64,000 nt of DNA. Source: an uncultured Actinomycetota bacterium (GTDB lineage: Bacteria > Actinomycetota > Actinomycetes > Propionibacteriales > Nocardioidaceae). The DNA is taken from positions 8,057 through 72,056 of the forward strand of contig CAWDUF010000014.1 of the NCBI GenBank assembly GCA_963805425.1, read 5' to 3'. Positions 45,158 to 52,552 of this stretch are shown here, piece after piece. The translations under genes were made by a program, and so were the position numbers. Each line of letters begins with the position of its first letter. Position 1 is the stretch's first letter. The notes under the pieces are model-generated. The model saw only the letters and a list, made by a program, of their open reading frames with translations, was not told the origin of the DNA and searched no databases.

Positions 45158-45712
45158 TCACTCGCGGACGGCGCGCCGCGCAGCGGTGCGCCGATCCGCG
45201 TCGGTGGTTGAGCCTGTCGAAACCCGGCGCGCCGCGAGGATCTCCTCCTTCCGGGCGAGCCGGTGGGCCCGCCGGATCTCGGCCTCGCGCGCCCGGCGTG
45301 CCTCCTCCGGCGTCCCGGTGGCGAGCGGCGGCACCTCGCGAGGTGCTCCGTCCGGATCGATCGCCACGAAGACCAGGTATGCCGAGGCGACGTGCACCGG
45401 CTCGGTGCCGGCCTTGTTCCACGGCTCGGTCTCGACGCGTACGCCGACCTCCATCGAGGTCCGGCCTGCCCAGTTCACCTGGGCCTCGGCGCGGAGGATG
45501 TCGCCGACGTGCACCGGCGCGAGGAAGGCCATCTCGTCCATCGCCGCCGTCACCGCGGGGCCGCCGCTGTGCCGCCCGGCCGCGGCCCCGGCGGCCGAGT
45601 CCACCAGGCGCATGACCTCGCCGCCATGGATGTTCCCGAGCAGGTTCACGTGCGCCTGGCCGGCGAGCAGGGTCAGCGACACCCGGCCATAGGACGGCGG
45701 CAGCGGCTCCAT
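45158..45712 (-). CDS. Acyl-CoA thioesterase (hotdog fold)
   Basis: NLLGNIHGG..MRLVD, GRTSMEVGV and AYLVFVAID. Confidence 0.92.
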   Translation of the reverse strand: MEPLPPSYGRVSLTLLAGQAHVNLLGNIHGGEVMRLVDSAAGAAAGRHSGGPAVTAAMDEMAFLAPVHVGDILRAEAQVNWAGRTSMEVGVRVETEPWNKAGTEPVHVASAYLVFVAIDPDGAPREVPPLATGTPEEARRAREAEIRRAHRLARKEEILAARRVSTGSTTDADRRTAARRAVRE

Positions 45713-45770
45713 GGCCACGAACGCTAGTCGAGTCTCCGACTCACCCGCTTCGCCCTGTACCGTCACCGCC

Positions 45771-46934
45771 ATGCCGGACCGCTCAGATCCGCCGGAGTTC
45801 GACTGGCTCTACGGCGCGAAATCCTCCGACCCGCGTCGCGGGTCCGACGAGCCGGAGCCGACGACGGTGATGCCGCGAACAGAGCCGTCCTCGCGGCCGA
45901 CACCGCGTACCAACCGCGCCTCGTACGCCGAGCGGCCGCCGACCCCGCCGGCATCCGCGCCGCCGGTCGCCAAGAAGCCGCGACGCTTCCCCTACGGGAA
46001 GCTGGTCCTGGTCCTGCTGGTCGCCTGGATCGCCTACCTCGTCGTGGTCCCGTTCCTCGCCTGGAAGCGGATCGACCAGGTCGACGCCACGCCGCCTGGC
46101 AGCCGGCCCGCCGAGCAGCCCGGGACGACGTACCTGCTCGTCGGTTCCGACAGCCGCAAGGGCCTGACCAAGAAGGAGAACCGCCGTCTCGGCACTGGCG
46201 GTGTCGGCGACGTCGGCCAGCGCACCGACACGATCATGCTGCTGCACACCGGCGCCGGCCCCGCCCTGCTGCTCTCGATCCCGCGCGACTCGATCGTCCC
46301 GATACCGGGCCACGGCACCACGAAGATCAACGCGGCGTTCGCCTACGGCGGCGCCAGGCTGCTGGTCAAGACGATCGAGCAGGACACCGGCGTGCGGATC
46401 GACCACTACGTCGAGATCGGCTTCGGCGGGTTCGTGAACTCCGTCGACGCCGTGGGTGGCGTGCAGATCTGCCCGACCACGCGGATGGTCGACCGCCGCG
46501 CCAACCTGAACATCAAGAAGGGCTGCCAGCACGTCAACGGCATCACCGCCCTGGGGTACTCGCGGTCGCGGCACACCTCCGGCATCGGCGACATCGACCG
46601 GGCCAAGCACCAGCGCGAGGTCGTGAGCGCCATCGGCGACGAGGTGAAGTCACCGTGGACGGTGCTCAACCCGGTCCGCTACTGGCGGATCAACATGGCG
46701 GGCACCTCGTCGCTCAAGGTCGACAAGGACTCCGGTGTGATCGACCTCGCCAGGTTCGCCTGGGCGATGACCCGGGTGAACGGCAAGGACGGGCTGACCT
46801 GCTCGATGCCGATCCGCGACCTCGCCGTGCACTGGGACACCGACCGTGCGCTCGCGCTGCTGCGCCTGATCAAGACCGACAGCACCGGCGACATCCCCAA
46901 ACGTCTCTGCCAGCCGACAGGACTGACCTCGTGA
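45771..46934 (+). CDS. LCP family protein
   Basis: Single TM, YLLVGSDSR, RTDTIML, SIPRDS, KINAAF and GDIDRAKHQR. Confidence 0.93.
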   Translation: MPDRSDPPEFDWLYGAKSSDPRRGSDEPEPTTVMPRTEPSSRPTPRTNRASYAERPPTPPASAPPVAKKPRRFPYGKLVLVLLVAWIAYLVVVPFLAWKRIDQVDATPPGSRPAEQPGTTYLLVGSDSRKGLTKKENRRLGTGGVGDVGQRTDTIMLLHTGAGPALLLSIPRDSIVPIPGHGTTKINAAFAYGGARLLVKTIEQDTGVRIDHYVEIGFGGFVNSVDAVGGVQICPTTRMVDRRANLNIKKGCQHVNGITALGYSRSRHTSGIGDIDRAKHQREVVSAIGDEVKSPWTVLNPVRYWRINMAGTSSLKVDKDSGVIDLARFAWAMTRVNGKDGLTCSMPIRDLAVHWDTDRALALLRLIKTDSTGDIPKRLCQPTGLTS

Positions 46935-47803
46935 CCCGCAGCTTCGAGACCCTCCAGGTGTCCGTCGACGACGACGGCATCGCCACCCTGACCCTGCATC
47001 GCCCGGACGCCCTGAACGCGTTCACCGTGACGATGGCCACCGAGCTCGAGCGGTTCTTCCGCGACGCCGCCCGCGACGACGACATCCGCGCGATCGTCGT
47101 CACCGGGTCGGGCCGCGCATTCTGCGCCGGCATGGACCTGTCGGCCGAGGGCAACGTCTTCGGGCTCGACGAGTCTGCCGCCCCGACACCCGACGACCTG
47201 CGCGAGCGCCTCACCGAGGAGCCGTTCCAGAGCGGGGTCCGCGACACCGGCGGCAAGGTCACCCTCGCGATCCACGCATGCCCGAAGCCGGTGATCGCGG
47301 CGATCAACGGGGCCGCGGTCGGCATCGGCGCCACGATGACGCTGGCGATGGACATCCGGCTTGCCTCCACGAAGGCGCGGATCGGCTTCGTCTTCGGCAG
47401 GCTCGGCATCGTCCCGGAGGCCGCGTCGACCTGGTTCCTCCCGCGGATCGTCGGGATCCAGCAGGCCCTGGAGTGGGTCTACTCCGCCGAGATCCTCACC
47501 GCGGAGCAGGCACTCGCCGGCCGGCTGCTGCGGTCGGTGCACGAGCCGGACGAGCTGCTCGACGCGGCGCACGAGCTGGCCCGGTCGTTCGTCGTGGGCC
47601 GCTCACCGGTGGCCCTCGGTCTCGCCAAGCAGCTGCTCTACCGGAACTCCTCCGTCGCCCACCCGCTCGACGCGCACCGCGCCGACAGCCTGGCGATGTG
47701 GCACACCTCGGTCGGCGACGGCCGCGAGGGCGTGGCCGCCTTCCTCGACAAGCGCGAGCCGGAGTTCACCGGCCGGGCGAGCGACCTGCCAGAGATCTTC
47801 TGA
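46931..47803 (+). CDS. Enoyl-CoA hydratase/isomerase family protein
   Basis: LHRPDALNA, AFCAGMDL and KPVIAAINGAAVGIG. Confidence 0.92.
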   Translation: MTRSFETLQVSVDDDGIATLTLHRPDALNAFTVTMATELERFFRDAARDDDIRAIVVTGSGRAFCAGMDLSAEGNVFGLDESAAPTPDDLRERLTEEPFQSGVRDTGGKVTLAIHACPKPVIAAINGAAVGIGATMTLAMDIRLASTKARIGFVFGRLGIVPEAASTWFLPRIVGIQQALEWVYSAEILTAEQALAGRLLRSVHEPDELLDAAHELARSFVVGRSPVALGLAKQLLYRNSSVAHPLDAHRADSLAMWHTSVGDGREGVAAFLDKREPEFTGRASDLPEIF

Positions 47804-48548
47804 GCAGGGCCTCGAGCGCCACGTAGTGGCGCTCGGCCGCAGCTTCGTCGTACGCCGTGGTGTCCGCCATCGTGTAGCCGTGGGCCGCGCCCGCGTAGAC
47901 CTCGGTGACGTGCTCGAGACCCACGTCGTCGAGGGCCCGGTCGAGGCGCTCGACCATCTCCGGCGGCATCGAGCGGTCGTGGTCGGCGTGGCCGAAGCAG
48001 AACGCCGCACGTGCCTGCGGCAGGCCGCGGTGCGGGCTGTCGTCGGCGTCCGTGGCAAGTCCGCCGCCGTGGAAGCCTCCGCAGGCGACGACCGCTTCGG
48101 GGTGACGGCACGCCGCGCGCATCGCGAGCCGTGCCCCCATGCAGTAGCCGGTGATCCCGATCGGGCCGTCCGCCACGCCCGGAAGACCGAGCAGCGCGGA
48201 AACGTAGGCGTCGATGTCGGGCTCGGCCCGGTCAGGGGTGAGGGCACGCACGCGGGCGAAGGCCTGCGCCTTGACGTCCTCGCCGGCAGGCTCCCGAAGG
48301 TCGACCCGCGGCACCAGCTCGGCGACGCTGCCGTCGCGATGGAAGACGTTCGGGGCCAGCACCGCGTATCCCCAGCCTGCGATCCGGTCGGCCATCTGCT
48401 CGATCTGCGGACGGATCCCGAACGCATCCATGAAGAACAGCACGCCGGGGTGCGGACCGTCGCCCGCGGGCCGGCTCGCCCAGGCTTCCGCCGTCCCGTC
48501 GGGGACCGGGAGCTCGACCAGCTCCCCACTCACCAGCTCCCCACTCAC
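47766..48548 (-). CDS. Dienelactone hydrolase family protein
   Basis: Nucleophile GYCMG, FHGG and AAHGY. Confidence 0.92.
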   Translation of the reverse strand: MSGELVSGELVELPVPDGTAEAWASRPAGDGPHPGVLFFMDAFGIRPQIEQMADRIAGWGYAVLAPNVFHRDGSVAELVPRVDLREPAGEDVKAQAFARVRALTPDRAEPDIDAYVSALLGLPGVADGPIGITGYCMGARLAMRAACRHPEAVVACGGFHGGGLATDADDSPHRGLPQARAAFCFGHADHDRSMPPEMVERLDRALDDVGLEHVTEVYAGAAHGYTMADTTAYDEAAAERHYVALEALLRRSLAGRSPGR

Positions 48549-49033
48549 CAGGGCCGGGTCTCCGGGTCCGGGTCCTCGTCCTGGTCCAGGCTGTACTCCG
48601 GCTCGGTCTCCGGACCGTCCTCGGACTCCATCACGTGGACGGCCGCCTCCTCGGCGCTCGCGCCTGCCCCGTCGATGCCGACGTCGCGGGCGACCTCGTC
48701 CTCCTCGTCGTCGGCACCCAGGCCCTCGTCGGGTGCGACCAGCCTGCCGGCACGCGGGTCAGCCGTCCCGTAGTCGTTGTCGTCGGCGTACGGGTCGATG
48801 TCGGGCTCCTCCTCGGCGAGCCGCTCCTCGAGGGTCTCGCCGGCGCGCTGCTCCTCGCGGGTCATGCCGTGGCGCAGGTGCGCGGGCTCCCTGTCGGGCG
48901 GGGAGTAGCCCTCGTCGAGGACGTCGTCGAGACCGCGGTCGTCGAGGGTGTCCTCGGCCTCGAGCTGGTCCTCGTCGTCCACGGCCTGCTGACCGTAGAC
49001 CTCACGGTCTCCTCCACCAGCCATCTCTGACAT
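48545..49033 (-). CDS. DUF5709-type acidic protein
   Basis: LDEGYSPP, GETLEERLAEEEPD, RAGRLVAPDEG and ASAEEAAVH. Confidence 0.85.
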   Translation of the reverse strand: MSEMAGGGDREVYGQQAVDDEDQLEAEDTLDDRGLDDVLDEGYSPPDREPAHLRHGMTREEQRAGETLEERLAEEEPDIDPYADDNDYGTADPRAGRLVAPDEGLGADDEEDEVARDVGIDGAGASAEEAAVHVMESEDGPETEPEYSLDQDEDPDPETRPW

Positions 49034-49124
49034 CCCGGCCTCCTCGTTGCCGCATCGGTCTGCTGATTCGAGGGTACGACCGCCGGAGTACCCGAGAACC
49101 GGGCCACGATGTGAGGAGAAGAAC

Positions 49125-49679
49125 ATGACCGACCTGGCTGGCAACAACCTCGCTGGCAAGACGGTGGCGTTCCTGGTCGCGCCCGAGGGCGTCGAGGAGA
49201 TCGAGCTGACCGAGCCCTGGATGGCGATCGAGGAGGCCGAGGGAACCCCCCGGCTGCTCTCGACGAGATCCGGACGGGTGCAGGCCTTCAACCACCTGGA
49301 GAAGAACGGCACCTTCGAGGTCGACGACGTCGTCGCGGACGCCGACCCCGCGGCGTACGACGCCCTGGTGCTCCCCGGCGGTGTCGCCAACCCGGACGCC
49401 CTGCGGATGGACAAGGAGGCCGTGGACTTCGTGCGTGCCTTCGTCGAGAGCGGCAAGCCGGTCGCGGCGATCTGCCACGCGCCCTGGACGTTGATCGAGG
49501 CGGGCGTCGTCCGGGGCCGCACCCTGACCTCGTGGCCCAGCCTGCAGACCGATCTCCGCAACGCCGGCGCCACCTGGGTCGACGAGGAGGTCGTGGTCGA
49601 CGGGGCGCTGATCACCAGCCGCAACCCCGACGACCTGCCGGCGTTCAAGGACGAGATGCTCGCCGCCTTTGCCGGGTGA
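49125..49679 (+). CDS. PfpI/DJ-1 family (type 1 glutamine amidotransferase-like) protein
   Basis: GVEEIEL, LVLPGGVANPD, AICHAPW and ITSRNPDDL; GAGGAG RBS. Confidence 0.93.
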   Translation: MTDLAGNNLAGKTVAFLVAPEGVEEIELTEPWMAIEEAEGTPRLLSTRSGRVQAFNHLEKNGTFEVDDVVADADPAAYDALVLPGGVANPDALRMDKEAVDFVRAFVESGKPVAAICHAPWTLIEAGVVRGRTLTSWPSLQTDLRNAGATWVDEEVVVDGALITSRNPDDLPAFKDEMLAAFAG

Positions 49680-49728
49680 CCTCCCGCGTGGGTCCTTCCC
49701 GCAGCGGTCGCGCAGGTCTAGATTTCGC

Positions 49729-49756
49729 ACGTATCAGGCGACACGGGGGCGTCTCT
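49729..49756 (+). promoter_or_regulatory. Candidate autoregulatory ECF-sigma promoter ACGTATCAGGC-N13-CTCT
   Basis: Directly upstream of the ECF sigma gene; the same bipartite motif with the same spacing recurs at 55115-55142. Confidence 0.65.
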
Positions 49757-49764
49757 GAGAAGGT

Positions 49765-50373
49765 GTGATGACTGTGTCCGAGGTACCCGAGACCACGGCG
49801 AGCACAGGCTCCGGAGCACCCTGGGGGGCCGCCACGGCAGCGTTCACCCGCTGGCGTGACGGCGACAGCGGGGGCCTGGACGACCTGGTGCGCTTGCTGA
49901 GCCCTGTCCTGTGGCAGGTCGTGAGGGCCACCGGCCTCGACCGCGAGCGCGCCGAGGACGTCGTGCAGACGACCTGGATCGCGCTGGTCGACCACGCCGA
50001 CTCGATCACCAGCCCGCTTGGCATCGCCGCCTGGCTGTGCACCTCGGCCCGTCGCGAGGCGTGGCGCGCCGGTCGGCAGGCATCCCGCGAGCGTCCGGTC
50101 GAGGACCAGGTGCTCGCGCACGGCCTGCCCGACCAGGAGTCGCCGGAGCACCAGGTGATCCTCGACGACGAGGCGGCACTCGTGCGCGACTGCCTCGGCA
50201 GACTGCCCGAGAAGTGCCAGAAGCTGCTTCGGATCGTCGCGGCCGGCCCACGGCCCAACTACACCGACGTCGCGGAAACCCTGGAGATGCCCGTCGGCAG
50301 CATCGGCCCCACCCGGGGCCGGTGCCTGGACAAGCTGCGCCAGGAGCTGGTGCTGGCAGGGGGAACCCGATGA
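49765..50373 (+). CDS. ECF RNA polymerase sigma factor
   Basis: Region 2 AEDVVQTTW...WLCTSARREAW; region 4 LPEKCQKLL...YTDVAETLEMPVGSIGPTRGRCL. Confidence 0.93.
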   Translation: MMTVSEVPETTASTGSGAPWGAATAAFTRWRDGDSGGLDDLVRLLSPVLWQVVRATGLDRERAEDVVQTTWIALVDHADSITSPLGIAAWLCTSARREAWRAGRQASRERPVEDQVLAHGLPDQESPEHQVILDDEAALVRDCLGRLPEKCQKLLRIVAAGPRPNYTDVAETLEMPVGSIGPTRGRCLDKLRQELVLAGGTR

Positions 50374-50885
50374 CTGGGCTGGACAACGGCGGGACGACCG
50401 GTGCACCCCGGTCCGACGACGAGCTGCTCGAATCCGTGGCGAAGCTGTGGCAGACCCTCGACCCTCCCCCGGCCGACCTGGCCGACGGCGTCCTCGCCCG
50501 GCTCGCCGCGCAGGATCTCGAGTACGAGCTGCTCACCCTGGTCGAGAGCGACGAGGCGCTGTCCGGCGTACGCGGCACCGCGACGATCCAGCGCGCTCCC
50601 GACGAGACCGGCACCTGGTCCCTGGAGTACCTCGGGCCGGGCTTCCGCGTGCAGCTACGCGTCTCCCGCCGCGGCCGACAGGCGCGCCTCGACGGCTGGG
50701 TCTCGCCGCCGCAGCCGATGACCGTGATGCTGTCCTCAGTGCTGCGCAAGGGCGGAGTGCTCGAGGCTCAGGTGAGTGACTCGGGTCGCTTCGAATTCCC
50801 CATCGCCCCGGCCGGTGCGTGCAGGATGACGTTCGTCACCGAGTCCGGTGGCCGCCCCCAGGCCACACCACCGTTCTGGATCTGA
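50370..50885 (+). CDS. Soluble sigma-partner protein: N-terminal helix plus C-terminal carboxypeptidase-regulatory-like beta-sandwich; candidate anti-sigma
   Basis: ATGA overlap with the sigma gene; DDELL..LWQTLDPPPADLAD, GVRG, RLDGWVSP, SDSGRFEF and terminal TPPFWI; no TM. Confidence 0.75.
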   Translation: MTGLDNGGTTGAPRSDDELLESVAKLWQTLDPPPADLADGVLARLAAQDLEYELLTLVESDEALSGVRGTATIQRAPDETGTWSLEYLGPGFRVQLRVSRRGRQARLDGWVSPPQPMTVMLSSVLRKGGVLEAQVSDSGRFEFPIAPAGACRMTFVTESGGRPQATPPFWI

Positions 50886-50892
50886 GGTTTCC

Positions 50893-52545
50893 ATGCAGGC
50901 AGACAGCACCCGCCCCTCCCAGCGCAAGCCTCACGGATCGCCTCATGCCAGGCAGCGTGAACCAGCGGTACCACCGCGCCACATTCTCGACCAGGTCAGC
51001 GGTCGTGTCCTGGACCCGGGAACAGCACTGCAGGTCAAGGGCGTCAATCCGCGGTCAACCGTGTACGTCGGACCGCGACTCACGATTTCTCGCGGCGGCG
51101 ACGTGGCCCGACAGCTCGAGCAGCTCGGCGAGATCGCGGCAGAGCTCGGCTGGGAGCTCGACACGTCGGATGCAGACCGGCGGGTCGCACGACACCGCAG
51201 CAAGCTGGGCGTGGTCCGGGTCGACCTGACGGTGAAGAACCAACGCGCCACACTCGCGCCCGATGGTTGGGTCCTTCTCCAGCAGGCTCGTGCGCGGTTC
51301 GGACTCAAGGCGATGAAGGGCGTCGGACTCGACCACCTGGTCACGCTACGGACCATCGACCCCAACCCGATCCACGACCCCAACCCCATCCACGACCCCA
51401 ACCCCATCCACGACCCCAACCCCATCCACGACCCCAACCCCATCCACGACCCCAACCCGATCCACGACCCCAACCCCGCTGGTGCAGCGATGTCCGCTGC
51501 CGTCGCGTCGTACGCTCGACAGGGCAGCGGTGGCAGGCAGCCGGTCGCCTTCGTCGGACCGAGGCCGGCGAGGAGGCCGAACCGGGACTTCAAGAAGCGT
51601 CGCCGGCCCGTCGTTGCCGTTCTCGACACCGGCTGCGGATCTCATCCGTGGCTCCAGAAGGCCGTGAAGCACAACGTCCGTCTTGCGGGTGCGCCGATCG
51701 GCTACACCGATCCTCAGACCGATGCCGAGAAGTATCCGGACCAGGTCGGACCCCTCGACGGCGGAATCGACGAGTACGCGGGGCACGGCACCTTCATCTG
51801 CGGGATCGTCCATCAGGCATGCCCCGACGCTGAGATCCTGGCGTGGCGCATCGTCGGATCCGACGGTCCCATCGTCGAGAGCGATCTTGTCGACGCCCTC
51901 GCCGACATCGCCGAGCTGGCGCGACGCCACCGCGACGGTGAACGCGGTGGTCATGCGATCGACGTGCTGTCCCTCTCGATGGGCTACTACCACGAGACCC
52001 CCGAAGACGTGCTCTTCGACCCGACGATGTATGAGATCTTGAAGGCCCTGGGCGAGTGCGGGGTAGCGGTCGTGTGCTCGGCCGGGAACGACGCCACTGC
52101 GAGACCGATGTTCCCCGCTGCGTTCGCGCCGTGGGCGGACAAGTTGGGCACCGTCAAGCCGTCGAAGAGCGTTGTGCCGATCGTCTCCGTCGGCGCGTTG
52201 AATCCGAACGGAACCGAAGCACTTTTCTCCAACACGGGTCCCTGGGTTCGCGTCTACGCAACCGGAGCGTCGGTGCTCAGCACGATCCCGCCCTTTCAGG
52301 GCGGTTGGCAGCCGATGGTGCGCACCAAGGCCTATCAGCACGTCCGCGAGACCGAGGATCCAGATGACTACACGAGCCAGTTCGCGATCTGGAGCGGCAC
52401 GTCCTTCGCGGCCCCGCTCGTTGCCGGGGCCCTGGCAGCCGAGTTGACCTCGAGTCTGCCGGCGCCCGGCGCCCGGGAACGGGCTTCCAGCTCCGTGGCA
52501 CGCGCGTGGAAGGCTGTTACCACCGTGACGAAGATCAAGCCATGA
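50893..52545 (+). CDS. S8 (subtilisin-like) serine peptidase, no signal peptide
   Basis: Catalytic Asp VAVLDTG, His GHGTFICG, oxyanion Asn SAGND and Ser WSGTSFAAP. Confidence 0.93.
   Translation: MQADSTRPSQRKPHGSPHARQREPAVPPRHILDQVSGRVLDPGTALQVKGVNPRSTVYVGPRLTISRGGDVARQLEQLGEIAAELGWELDTSDADRRVARHRSKLGVVRVDLTVKNQRATLAPDGWVLLQQARARFGLKAMKGVGLDHLVTLRTIDPNPIHDPNPIHDPNPIHDPNPIHDPNPIHDPNPIHDPNPAGAAMSAAVASYARQGSGGRQPVAFVGPRPARRPNRDFKKRRRPVVAVLDTGCGSHPWLQKAVKHNVRLAGAPIGYTDPQTDAEKYPDQVGPLDGGIDEYAGHGTFICGIVHQACPDAEILAWRIVGSDGPIVESDLVDALADIAELARRHRDGERGGHAIDVLSLSMGYYHETPEDVLFDPTMYEILKALGECGVAVVCSAGNDATARPMFPAAFAPWADKLGTVKPSKSVVPIVSVGALNPNGTEALFSNTGPWVRVYATGASVLSTIPPFQGGWQPMVRTKAYQHVRETEDPDDYTSQFAIWSGTSFAAPLVAGALAAELTSSLPAPGARERASSSVARAWKAVTTVTKIKP
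51358..51477 (+). repeat. 18-bp tandem repeat, six full units plus one partial, encoding (DPNPIH)6-DPNP
   Basis: GACCCCAACCC(G/C)ATCCAC units read directly. Confidence 0.97.
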
Positions 52546-52552
52546 TGGCGAT

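Noticed and set aside
51358-51477. 18-bp repeat (and the 12-bp repeat at 3717-3788) as a CRISPR array
   Set aside because: Units are contiguous with no spacers, are in frame within proteins, and no cas genes are present
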